Below are positions 52,880-64,000 of a stretch of DNA of 64,000 nucleotides, piece by piece. Numbering within the stretch: the first letter of the stretch is position 1; each line of letters opens with the position of its first letter. The translations under genes were made by a program, and so were the position numbers. A model generated the notes under the pieces. It saw only the letters and a program-made list of their open reading frames with translations, was not told the DNA's origin and did no database searches. The stretch comes from Octopus sinensis (Eukaryota): assembly GCF_006345805.1 (NCBI RefSeq), contig NC_043002.1, forward strand, positions 94,798,001-94,862,000. The letters are read 5' to 3'.

Positions 52880-52883
<4 letters not shown>

Positions 52884-53142
52884 GTGCGGTTGGAGGATTG
52901 CAGTTTCAATTCCCACACCGGGGCGTTATGTGTGTTTATTGAGCGAAAATACCTAAAAGCTCCATGAGGCTCCGGAAGGGGGGGGGTGACCCCTGTTGTA
53001 CTCCTTCACCACAACTTTCTCTCATGCTCTCTTCCTGTTTCTTGAGTAATGCTGTGATGGACTGGTGTCCCATCCAGCTGGGGGGAACACATACGCCACA
53101 GAAACCGGGCCCATGAGCTTGGCTAGGCTTGAAAAGGGTGAC
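52880..53142 (+). mobile_element. SINE family D, tail variant 4 (tail shared with the 25163 SINE)
   Basis: ttgagcgaaaatacctaa body plus gatggactggtgtcccatccagctgggg tail. Confidence 0.8.
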
Positions 53143-53153
53143 GTTTATCGTTT

Positions 53154-53192
<39 letters not shown>

Positions 53193-53650
53193 CAAGCTTC
53201 TTCTCAGTTTCCTTCTGCAAAATCCTCCCACAAAGTTTTAGTTGGCCCATGGTAATAGCAGAAGATACTTGCTCAATGTGACTCACAAAGGAACAGTGGG
53301 ATTGAAACCAAAACAGCAAAGTTGGGAAGCAAACTACTTCTTAACCATGCGGCTGTTAAATGATGATGATGATATATATTATCTGTGTGTGTGTGTATAA
53401 ATACAAACATGCACCACACACATACACTCACACACAAGTGTATAGGTTTTCATTGTTTCCATCTGCTAGTTCCATTTCATCCACAAAGTTTTGGTTGGCC
53501 TGAGGTTATTTACAGAAGACACTTGCCCAATGTGCTATGCTATGAAATTGAACTCAAGTCTATGCACTTTACTAAAAAAAGATAAAATTCATATTCACAT
53601 GGTTTTTCTTATATTAATAAATATAATTTGCTCATAAATTTTTAACTATA

Positions 53651-54045
53651 GGCGCAGGAGTGGCTGTGTGGTAAGTAGCTTGCTTACCAACCACATGTTC
53701 CCGGGTTCAGTTCTACTGCATGGCACTTTGGGCAGGTGTCTCCTACTATAGCCTTGGAACGACCAAAGCCTTGTGAGTGGATTTGGTAGACGGAAACTGG
53801 AAGAAGCCCGTCGTATATGTATATATAATATGTGTGTGTGTGTGTGTATGTTTGTGTGTCTGTTTGACCCCCTCCCCTAGCATCGCTTGACAACCGATGC
53901 TGGTCTGTTTACGTCCCCGTAACTTAGTGGTTCGAGAGAATAAGTACTAGGCTTACAAAGAATAAGCTCTGGGGTCGATTTGCTCTACAATAAAGGCGGT
54001 GCTCCAGCATGGCTGCAGTCAAATAACTGAAACAAGTGAAAGAGA
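53651..54045 (+). mobile_element. SINE family A, young copy
   Basis: High similarity to 19162. Confidence 0.9.
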
Positions 54046-55195
54046 AAAGGAAAGAGAGACATAATGTTTAAGTTCATATTTCGCCTCAACCAAATTTTTA
54101 AGTTCAACTGCATTCAAAATATCAGTCTCTTTAATTTCCACAGGATACGACAATATTCCATAAATTTCCTTCATGTAAATAACTGTAAGAAAATAAAAAA
54201 CAGATAGTACAGCTGCAACAAATTAATCTCATTTAGTTAGTATTACATTGATATCAGCTGGGATTAGGGAAAAAGGAAAACAAACAAAAGAGGAAAAAAG
54301 GCAATGCAGTATAGTATAGTATTGTATAATATGAACTGTATGTAGATGTTATTTTGTTGAACTTTTAGATTTATAAATACAACTAATGCATGAGTTACCA
54401 AAAATTATAAAATAATTTTTTTTCTTTTTCTGTTTTTTTTTTTTTTTGGTCATTTCTATGAAAATTCACAGTGGTATTATATTTTTTGAATAATATCCTG
54501 CTTACTGTTATTTATCAAAGTGTGAAATGTGGATTGTTTATAAGACATTATTTGTGCTTGATCAGTGAGCTCTCCAGTAAATTGCTGCTCTCTTCTAAAG
54601 GAAGAAATAAGGAGCAAAACAGAATTAGTTTTCACTTGAAAGCACTTAAGTTTTACTGATAAATATAATTATTTATTTATTATTATTTTTTTTTTGTTTT
54701 GTTTAGTTTATTTTTGGAAAGTAACTGGTTGAATAGAAACAAAGCTAGAGTATTTATATCTAAATACTTTTAAACTTCATATATTTCTCTTTGAAGTACA
54801 CTAGACGATGTTTTAGTTAATACTATTATTATTTCCTAGTTAATAGTTTATCAGTTTTTTTTAATAACTTATAAATTCCATTAGATTTAGTTACTGTAGT
54901 CAATAATTACAGCAAGCCATCTTTTAACTTTGACAGACATTAAATTTTTTTTTTCATCGCCGGAGCAGTTTATTACACACAGAATTGGTAAATTAAATTA
55001 TTAGTCTGCATTAAAATACTTAATCAGAAATAATTATGTGGTTGAGAAAATACAATTTTAGTTGATGACTGATATTGTTTTAATTATTCCTGAAAATACA
55101 GGAGATAATTCCAACATGTTCCAGTCTTATCAGTCCTTCTCAGCAAAGCATTCATTTTTATTCTGGACTGGTGTTTTAATGCCCAAAGCATTACT

Positions 55196-55418
55196 TCTTT
55201 AGCATTCAGATTATTCTTCCAAATGTAATTCTTCTTTATTCACTTTTGTTTTGAATTAATCATGCATTATCTCATAGCTTTGAGATTTCTATGATGTGGT
55301 TGTTCATTTTTTTTTGAACGACATTGTAGGGTAGGTGTAAAAGGCCAGATCTAGCTGGTTTGAACATAAAACAGAATATTTTGACTGCATATGGCTGCTT
55401 TAAATGCTAAAGTGTTAA
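55196..55418 (+). mobile_element. piggyBac-like MITE (family 3)
   Basis: Body matches 41328; ends aatgctaaagtgTTAA. Confidence 0.8.
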
Positions 55419-55499
55419 ATATGGTAACACTAACTTAACTATTGCTTTTCATTCTGATGCAGTTTTATTCAGTAATATATTCTCTAAAATAGGCAAAGT

Positions 55500-55918
55500 T
55501 TTACATCTACTCATGTATAATATTCTACACTTTACTAGTGACTCTTTCACCAGTACATGAAGTATTATGGAGAAGTCTATATTCCAAGAAAGGATAGATG
55601 GATGTGCACCATAACAAGGTCGCTGAATTGGGAGGTTCTCATTCTAGATATGGCTCACTGTTTTATTAGTATAAAGTGAGCTGAAATTGCTTTTTCAAGT
55701 ACAAGTGACCACAAGTGAATGACATGTGAGAGTAAGTGTCTGGCAGACCTTGTTTAGAAACCATACTGAAGGTTACTGAATGAGAAAATCAAGATGATTA
55801 TAGAATCTCATTACTTTGAAGTTGAGAGCAATAGATTACAAGTTGGCAAAGCTAGTGACATCACTTTTTTGTGGATGGGATTCACTGTGATGTGTTTCAA
55901 AATACTGGGATAAATTCT

Positions 55919-55953
<35 letters not shown>

Positions 55954-56285
55954 ACAGACAGACAGAGAGAGAGGCACAGAGAGAGAGTGAGAGAAATAGA
56001 GAGACGGAAGAATTTGTTAAGGACAGAAGCTAGCTCTAAAGTGTAATGATTGAGAATGATAGATGGGAAGCCATTGGAACTCACTGCCATGTTGGTTTGT
56101 GCAACTGGAAAAGTTTTCAAATGTAGTGACTGTGTACATGGTGATGCAACCAAGTGAATGTAGAAAGGAGTTTGGAAGGATTTATAGTGAGGGCTTGTTA
56201 TGTAGGGTTGTAGATAAAAGCCAATAGCAAATATGGTGGAATTTTCAGTATGTGACTTTAAAGATGCAATAATTGGTAGCAATGT
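55500..56285 (-). pseudogene. Decayed LINE RT N-terminal fragment interrupted by (GA)n
   Basis: AVSSNGFPSIILNHYTLELASVLNKFFRLS...HPQKSD..ANL*SIAL resembles the GPDGIP..LK.CA.EL..PL..LF / PKKGD..NYRPIAL region. Confidence 0.6.
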
Positions 56286-56429
56286 GAATGCTCTTTCTAT
56301 AAACGTTATCATCATTTAATGTCCACTTTTCCATGCTAGTATGGGTCAGACAGAGTTTGTGGCTTTGAACTGGTGGATGCCAAAAAGGGCATCACCCATA
56401 GAAAATCTGTCTTCAATAGTCTCACACAG

Positions 56430-57378
56430 CAGTCATTGAAACTAAGATTTGTGTGCTGGAGCATTATCCTGATGAAACAAGACTCCTTTCACTAGTTTTC
56501 CTGGGCGTTTGGTCTTGATAACCTTTCGTAACGGCCTCAGCAAGTTGGCATAGTACTCTCCATTGATGGTGTGGCCCTTCTGAAGATAGTCAACTAATAC
56601 AATGCCTTTTTGTATCCCAAAAAAACTGAGACCATTACCTTCCCTGCAGATGAAATGACCTTGGCCTTCTTTGGAGAAGGTGAGGACGGGTATTTCCACT
56701 GCATGGATTGTCCCTTTGTCTCTGGTTCAAAGTGATGAAGCCAACACTCATCCTGGGTTAAGAAATGTTCAAGGAAACCAGCTGGATCTACCTCAAACAA
56801 TGTTAGATTTTCCTGTGTTGTGATCAACCTGGTGCACTTTCAATGAAGTGTCAGAAGACATGGCCCCCACTGAGCAGAAGCCTTTGTCATGCCAAGTTTA
56901 TTATGCAGAATGTTCTCAACTCTCTAACAGAATATGCTAATAGCATTTGCTATTCGATTTATAGTGAATCACCTGTCCTCCATCACCACGAAGTGAACAC
57001 AATGTTTTCCTCAATGGTGGCAATTGCAGGATACCTTGGTTCATCTTCAAGATTCTCCTTTCCCTCATAGCTTCCCACTTTTTACACTGTTGATAAAGCT
57101 GGAGCATCATCCCCTGAAGTAGCAAGCATGTCAACATGAATGTCCTTGGGGGCTAATCCCTCTTTCTGCAGGTACTCGATAACATGACAATGCCAAATTT
57201 TCTCTATTTTTAAGAGAATTTGCTGCTAGTTTACTTTTGAAGAATTCTTTGAACAGTCAGATGTGAGTTTACCTGGAAAGAAACAATGCAGTTATTAATA
57301 AGAAGAGTTAAAATTAATGCATGCAAGATTTCACAGCTCTAGCATCACTCCTTCATAGCCAACCTATGAACTTCGCAA
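56430..57378 (-). pseudogene. Mariner transposon remnant (transposase pseudogene from ~57207, 3' truncated)
   Basis: TQDECWLHHFEPETK.QSMQW, SAGKVM.SVF, DYLQKGHTINGEYY, FHQDNAPAHKS; frameshifted. Confidence 0.9.
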
Positions 57379-57412
57379 CCCTTCCACCTGTGTGTGTGTG
57401 TGTGTGTGTATA

Positions 57413-57570
57413 ACATCATCATCATCATTTAACACCTGCTTTCCATGCTGGCATGGGGTTAGATGGTTTGACTGGAACTAGTAAGCCGGAGAGCTGCACC
57501 AGGTCCCAGTCTGATTTGGCATGGTTTCTACACCTGGATGCTCTTCCTAATGTCAACCACTCCAAGAGTG
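57413..57570 (-). mobile_element. SINE family B 3' part
   Basis: (CAT)n plus conserved tail. Confidence 0.85.
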
Positions 57571-59491
57571 AGAAAATTATGTGTGCTTTTGTTTGCCCAT
57601 TTGTTTCTTGACATCGTTTGTGTACATTAGTGAAAAACAATATCACTATTTAGGCAGTATCATCATTGTTTGTGACTGCTGTAAAAAACATGTATGGGCA
57701 AAGAGCAGTCCATCTAGTTAAAAACTAAGAGAATAAGTACCTCACTTGAAAATATATTAGGGCTGGTGACAGGAAGTGCGTTTGCTGTATATTACTGACT
57801 CAGCATACTTGATCCATTACATGCAAACACAAATATACTTAAGCCCTGTATTCCCAGTTTTCAACTCTGAGAAAGCCTTCTTCTCCCAGGTATTGTTGGC
57901 TTGCTTCTGTGAGTTTATCTTTGGCTAGAGAAGGGTGTTAGCCCTATGCAAACCCATTTTTACCTCTAGGAAGAAGTGATCAATATTAGTCTGGCCTCAA
58001 TCAAAGGATAGAGGCCTTGTGCTCTGCTGGCCATAGCTTTCAGGGTCATTGAGATATAAGCCACCACAGCACAACAAGGATTGGACTTTGTGGTGGAAAG
58101 CAGGAACAGGGTGGATATAAAAATGATGATATTAATTTATTTAGTTTTAAAGATTATTAATGATTTATTCTCCAAGTTGTTGATTGTAAATATGTTATCA
58201 TAGTTTAAAACATATATTACACACAATTCATTAATATGATCATTTACTTCTGTGGATTCCACCATAGGTTGTTGTTTTGCCCTAATGTATCTGTGATACA
58301 TTAGAACGTAGTGTTATATAAGGTTTTCTCTATGGTTTATATGTCATTACTGAAGTAAAACAAGGATATTGTGTACTTTAATCAAATGGAGATAAAATAA
58401 TAAAATGCTTGAAACATTAGAAACCATGGATTTGGTAGATTACATATTGAACTGTTTACTCATGGATTCTGTCGACCTCCTGCAAGTATTTCATTGTGGT
58501 TCTGGGCAAACCAGTTTACTCTCTGTTTTCTCAATTTATCTTATTTTTGGAATTTTTTGTGGATAAAGTAAATAAAACTACTCATGTGAAGCATAGCTCT
58601 GATAACAAAAACCATGTAAATTGATCTGTTCTAACTGGGTGTTGGAATAAACAGATTTATTTTTTATTGTTTGTAGGGTTTATTTTTTTCTATCTTAAAT
58701 GTGTATGTGTTTGTGCTTCTAGAATTTTACTTCCGTTTTTCTTGGCTAATGTGGATTAGATGATTTCACAAAAAAATCTGGTACTAACAAAAGTTTGTTG
58801 AGAAGTGGTTTTTCCGCTCTGTTCTGCTGATGATGTCATTTACCTGTTAAGTGTTATATCTCCATTCATATGTAACTTGTCTGTTTTATACTCCATGTGA
58901 GTAATATGTTTTAACAAGTGTAGAGCATGTATATTGTTTTCATTCTTGTTATTGAGTTTATATATTTTATAAACATATTTTTTCTTGTTTGATTCATGTT
59001 GATGTCCGTTTTCTGCTTTGTTGTGCTTTTACTATTTATTATTAAACCCCAAATAACAGAGTTAACATAATAGCATTGTTTTACATTGAGAAACATTTTA
59101 TAACTCGTTGTTTATTTCACTGAACTATTATAGTCCTGTTTCCACTTTTTAAAGACATTATTCTGTTACAAGCAATTAGACCAGTGCTCTGGTCTGAGAA
59201 TTAAATAGTCTCTTGAAATGCTGATTCTGACTAACCTCTTAGTTCTGCTGCTTGTCAGAGAGTACCTCTAGAAAAGACTTCCCAACTGAGGCTCAGTCTC
59301 AGTATCAATACTGAGGCAGCTGAAATCTGAGTGGCACAAAAGATGGCTACTGTCTCCTAATTCCTTGTTCTCAATGTCGTCTTCAATTTGACACTCTTTC
59401 GTAGCAAACCTGGGATATTTTGTGTGCAACCAAGACATCTTCCACCACACTTTGATTGCTTTCATGATAGAAACTTCAGAAACATTCTCCT

Positions 59492-59920
59492 TTAACCATT
59501 TAGCATTTAAACTAGCCACATCCAGCTAAAATATTCTAGGGAGAGTTTACAAAAAAAAACAAAAGACGATGACAGGTGGTGTACAAAACAAACAGATGTA
59601 TTAGTATAACGCTCCGGAATAGAAAAAGTCTTTTACATTTCGAGCCTACGCTCTTCTACAGAAAGGGACACAGAAAAAACAAGGAGAGAAAAAATGTGTG
59701 TAGTGGCTAACGATCTACTTGTTTTATGTTCAATAATATTCTACCTGTTTCATGTTCAAACTGGCCAGATCCAGCTGCCAACACCTACCCTATGATGTCA
59801 TTGAAAAACTAAAGTTACAGCATCAAAATCTCGAGGCTACAGGAGAATGCATGATTAATTCAACACAATGTGAATAAATAAGCATTACATTTGACAGTTA
59901 TCTGAATACTGAAAGGTTAA
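59492..59920 (-). mobile_element. piggyBac-like MITE (family 3) carrying a PLE-like insertion (~59541-59716)
   Basis: TTAA ends; MITE body interrupted after aatattcta. Confidence 0.75.
59630..59665 (-). ncRNA. Minimal hammerhead-like motif (variant core)
   Basis: Reverse complement cttt-CTGTAGA-a-gagc-gtag-gctc-GAAA-tg-TA-aaag. Confidence 0.55.
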
Positions 59921-60324
59921 ATATGAGACTGTCTACATGCCTTCAACAACACAAAACCAGTCATTACACATATCAAGAAAAATAGTCTTGTACTACATCC
60001 TTACTGTTCATGGACAGCAAATAGATAAAACCTGATATCTCAATATATTTGGTCTCACTGTCTCTTGATCTCACATGGTGACTTAAGAATTAATTGAAAC
60101 AAAAGGCAGTGCATTTAAGCAGCAATATGGTTACAAAAGTGTTAAGATAATGAAGAATTTAGTAAAATAACTGCCATTAATAAGGTGGTGTGTGGAACAA
60201 ATTAGCATGAAATTTTAATAGACGATTTTAATTTAGATCTATTTAAAACAGAAAAACTGTATCATAGTGCCAGGAACATTCTCAAGCAAGTTGGTGCCAG
60301 AAGAATTAAATCAAACATTATTTA

Positions 60325-60460
60325 CATTATTTACATTTGATGGATATTTGTCCTCATCGTGTTTGTTGTTAACACGTTTTGGCTGATATACCCTCCAGCC
60401 TTCATCAGGTGTCTTGGGGAAATTTTGAACCTGGGTTCTCATTCCTAAGGTATTTTTCGA

Positions 60461-60510
<50 letters not shown>

Positions 60511-60762
60511 TCACTGCTGGGAATCAAACTCAGAATCTTGGGGTTAAGAGTGCAGGCTACTAACTCCAAGGTTCTGAGTTTGATTCCAGGCAGTGACCTG
60601 AATAATAATAATAATAACAACATTGAAAAATACTTTAGGAATGAGAACCCAGGTTTGAAATTTCCCCAAGACACCTGATGAAGGCTGGAGGGTATATCAG
60701 CCAAAATGTTGTGTTTACAACAAACAAGATGAGGACAAATATCCGTCGAATGTAAATAATGT
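60325..60762. mobile_element. Head-to-head inverted pair of an element with a tRNA-like segment, (AAT)n and an HHR
   Basis: 60325-60546 is the reverse complement of ~60563-60762; HHR motifs at 60372-60412(-) and 60671-60714(+). Confidence 0.8.
60671..60714 (+). ncRNA. Hammerhead ribozyme, probably inactivated (GAAA to AAAA)
   Basis: acac-CTGATGA-a-ggctg-gagggtatat-cagcc-AAAA-tg-TT-gtgt. Confidence 0.65.
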
Positions 60763-60879
60763 GCATAACTCCACATCTCTTAAATATAGAACTGGATTAA
60801 ATCAAAGCATGAAAACTGCATCTTAAAATCTAGTGTTCAACTTTAGGACTAGTGAATACTTCAGCTTTGAATACTGCTG

Positions 60880-61260
60880 ACAAATTACTGTGACCCTCAG
60901 CAGTGCCCTACATTGGTGTACTATACTTGATCGGTGTTTCTGCTATACACAGAAACATCCAAAGAAATGGTATCTGAGTAATTGGTACAATCACTATGCC
61001 CATAAACATTCTGTTTTCTCTCTCTGTATTTTATTGCTACTATAATGGTCTCTGAACTTCCGAGCTGAGTACCTCCTCAGTCCAATTACATCACTTTTAT
61101 GTCTGCATTTTGAAAATCTAGAATAATCACTTCATTCAGTGCTTTGTCCTCTTAGTTACATCTATTTGCAATTTTCTCTCATCACATTTTTATCTATTGG
61201 TTTCACTCCTACATCTGTCAAAACTGAATGTCAATTACATTGATCTCACTTCTCTGTGAA
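60880..61260 (+). pseudogene. Highly decayed LINE 3' fragment
   Basis: ctctctgtattttattgctactataatggtc (SLYFIATIMV / LCILLLL; LFYxYYNG-like) resembles the 5715-6060 fragment. Confidence 0.4.
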
Positions 61261-62689
61261 GACCCATCATCGTCATGGATGTCATTCTCTCTCCATTAAC
61301 TACATAAGAACTGAGCTAACAAGAGAAAGCTTCTACATAGTCTCTCAACCTGGTAGAAATAGCATTCGATGTATCCTTACATCAGACATATCCTTATAAA
61401 AAAAAGACCATATTAGATAAATGTAATCCTTGTTACAACGTGTCTGGACCCCCCCCCCTAAAAAAAACTAGGATTTGCAAGGGACATAACTGGAGTGCTT
61501 TTGATGATAGGTTTTCTAAGTCAGAGTTGACCTGGTTGTAACAACTTAACAATGATTTCAAAGAAAGAATTTCCAAAAGGATTCTTAAATATCAGGGTTA
61601 AACAAATTCCTCAGATTGTTCTTGAGATTGGTTTCACACAGATTTGACACTTACAAAAAAAGCATAAAACAAAAAAAAAACCCAAACAAACACTAGAACT
61701 AACTCTGGTGATAAGTATAATAATAATGTAGAATTATGACAGGCAAAGGAAAAGAATAATTAAACAATATTAAACTTAAATGTAGGTAAATAGGTTGAGT
61801 TGAGGTTTGATTGATAGATCAGCTAATGAGATGACAAACATGTTAATGGATTTCTAACAAGATGGTCAAATTTGTTCTCTCTCTCACAGACACACACATA
61901 TAATGTATGTGTGTGTGTGTGTATGTATGTATGTATAAATCTCATCTCTCAGGTGCAAAAAGAATTGGCAGTTTCAAACAAAAGGAACTTGATAGTGTCT
62001 TCTAACAATATTTTTCTTAAGACAAAGCAAAATATTCTTAGCATTGATAAACAAAATTATTGATAACTTGCCCATTTCAAATTTTGTGGCTTGGGTGGTA
62101 CACTTGATCTGTCACTGGTTTAATAGTGTACCTGGCACATTAGGTGCCTTTAATGGAGTTTACTCTGCTGTAAACATTAGACCTATGTTTCTGGTTTCAG
62201 GATACCTTCCTTCAAGTCTTGAAGGCTTGTATAGAATCATAGGCATTCTCTCCTAATTAAAACAAAAATGGCCTTAAAGTAGTTTTATTCCTGATAGTTT
62301 ATCATTAGACTGCAGTCATACTAGGGTACTGCTTTCAGGGTACTTATTATAGCCAATGGTTAAGTTCTACTAGAATTATGACCTTTTTATGTGTTTTTAT
62401 TGGTTTATAGGCTTAAATACTAGCCACTTAACCAATTTATGCTAGTATATGCATGAATACATACATGTATGATGTTTCCGTCTACCAAGTTTCACTCATG
62501 AAGCATTGCTCAATCCAAAGCTCTATGAAAAAGACTCTTGACCAAAGTGCTATACAGTGGGATTTGTGCATGGTTCTAAAACGAACTTCCTAATCAAACA
62601 TCCATATTATTCATTTTTAGTTTATTGATTTTTTTATATAGGCACAGTTTTAGTCTAGATTATTCTACTGGGGCTTTACTCTCATTCAA

Positions 62690-62915
62690 TACAGCAGCTG
62701 TGAGCTGGAAGAGGCCCTGTGGCAAGCCTCACACGAGATGGCTGGACGTGATTGGAGAAAACCTCCATAGGCTTGATGTCACCTTGGAGGATGCAGAAGG
62801 GCTGACATTGGACCACCAGTGATGGAGAGCACTGGTGGACCTGGTTGGTTCTACGCATAATGATGTCTCTGGAATTACTAACTTGGAATGATCCCAGCCT
62901 CATCAAGCAAGATCA
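62690..62915 (+). pseudogene. RTE-like LINE 3' end
   Basis: WKRPCGKPHTRWLDVIGENL...W RALV, ending tcaagcaag. Confidence 0.75.
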
Positions 62916-63089
62916 TGAAGCCAGCCAAGCCTTTGTGGGTCAACATAAAAGTATTGTAATGGCCTGCCCAGTGTAATGGCTAGTGTCCTGAAGTTTTCAA
63001 CTTTGTTTTACTGTCAAATTTATAAATCATCTGTTTGTTTTTGAGCATACTTGCTTGTGGTGTGTTATGATAAGGTTTTTTGCTGTTTG

Positions 63090-63590
63090 GTAGTTTTTTG
63101 TATATTAAAATTGAACAACCAGAATAATAAAAATTAGACTCCAATTTTAGACATGACATACTGACAAAAAATGTTCCAGATGCACTATGTCAGTGCACAT
63201 CGATAAATCAAAAAAATGCTTATACTTACACAGAGGCAATGAATGCCCACACAACTTTGTGAGTGTTAAAATTACTTCTCTGAAGAGTATTCATCTTGTT
63301 CACAAACAATGCACCAGAGAAAGAAATACATGAAACTAAACAAACATTAAGTGACAATGGATATTCTAAGCTATCAAGGAATACAGATATCAATACAATA
63401 CAACAACTATATCGGAGAATACACCTAAAAGAAATGCACAAACCGTGTATCAGATCTATTACATGAACCAAAACTATCAAACAGATGAACATATAATTAA
63501 ATCTCTCATAAAACACCACAAAATGCATCACACTTGGCCATATTTTTTTACAACTCTCTTGGATTAAAAAAATATGTATTGGCAATCTAA
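63090..63590 (+). pseudogene. Penelope-like element RT thumb/linker fragment
   Basis: Across frameshifts: PILDM, MSVHI, NECPH, EKEIHETKQTLSDNGYS, IYYMNQNYQTDEHIIKSLIK, IFYN. Confidence 0.6.
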
Positions 63591-64000
63591 TGGGGTGAGA
63601 AGGAGGAGAAGTTATATTTATTAACTATATAACTCTCTCCACATCTTACGAACATTCTGCTTTTGTCTAGTGAAAAGAAATCAGTATTATACTTGGATAA
63701 ATCTTTTAAGTGATTCTTTCTCAATGGTCCATGTCTGAGATTAGAAAGCAATTATTATTAATTTAAAATTCAAGTCCATAAAAATCTGTTTTGAATATCA
63801 AAATATCTTACTTTAAATTCTTTTAAGTTGTCTAACTTTAAACATAGAATAATATTTACATTAATTATTTCTTCTAAACATTTTTTTTCTCAAGAAAAAA
63901 AAAAAAACCAAACAAAATCTATCTTGTATCAAGTAATTCTACTAAATTGACTTTTAACTATCTTTTATGTATAAGCCAAGTTTTTATTTATTTTTATTAA

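Noticed and set aside
63226-63585. 119-aa minus-strand ORF
   Set aside because: Antisense shadow of the plus-strand Penelope-like pseudogene

Overview
AT-rich, repeat-dense animal genomic DNA with no intact protein-coding gene; nearly all ORFs in the track are microsatellite or repeat translations. The tRNA-derived SINEs and abundant (TA)n/(CA)n microsatellites look like an octopus (coleoid cephalopod) genome, which is recognised from repeat style and not verified. Recognisable content: several SINE families, MULE-, piggyBac- and pogo-type MITEs, non-autonomous Helitrons, a decayed Tigger/pogo transposon (27.3-29.6 kb), a decayed mariner (56.4-57.4 kb), CR1/RTE-type LINE fragments and a Penelope-like RT fragment (63.1-63.6 kb). 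The main unexplained signal is a set of unrelated short non-coding repeat families, each carrying a minimal type I hammerhead ribozyme (HHR) motif (CUGANGA-stem II-GAAA-palindromic stem III-UH). They are often arranged as inverted or tandem units next to (TA)n tracts. The clearest case is a ~1.35 kb near-perfect palindrome of a ~535-bp HHR monomer (534-1885). Another appears to join a tRNA-like head to an HHR (60.3-60.8 kb). Together these suggest a diverse Penelope/retrozyme-like mobile RNA system. CpG-rich patches with NRF1/ETS-like motifs and splice-like signals suggest one or more promoters and non-coding exons, but no host gene could be identified.
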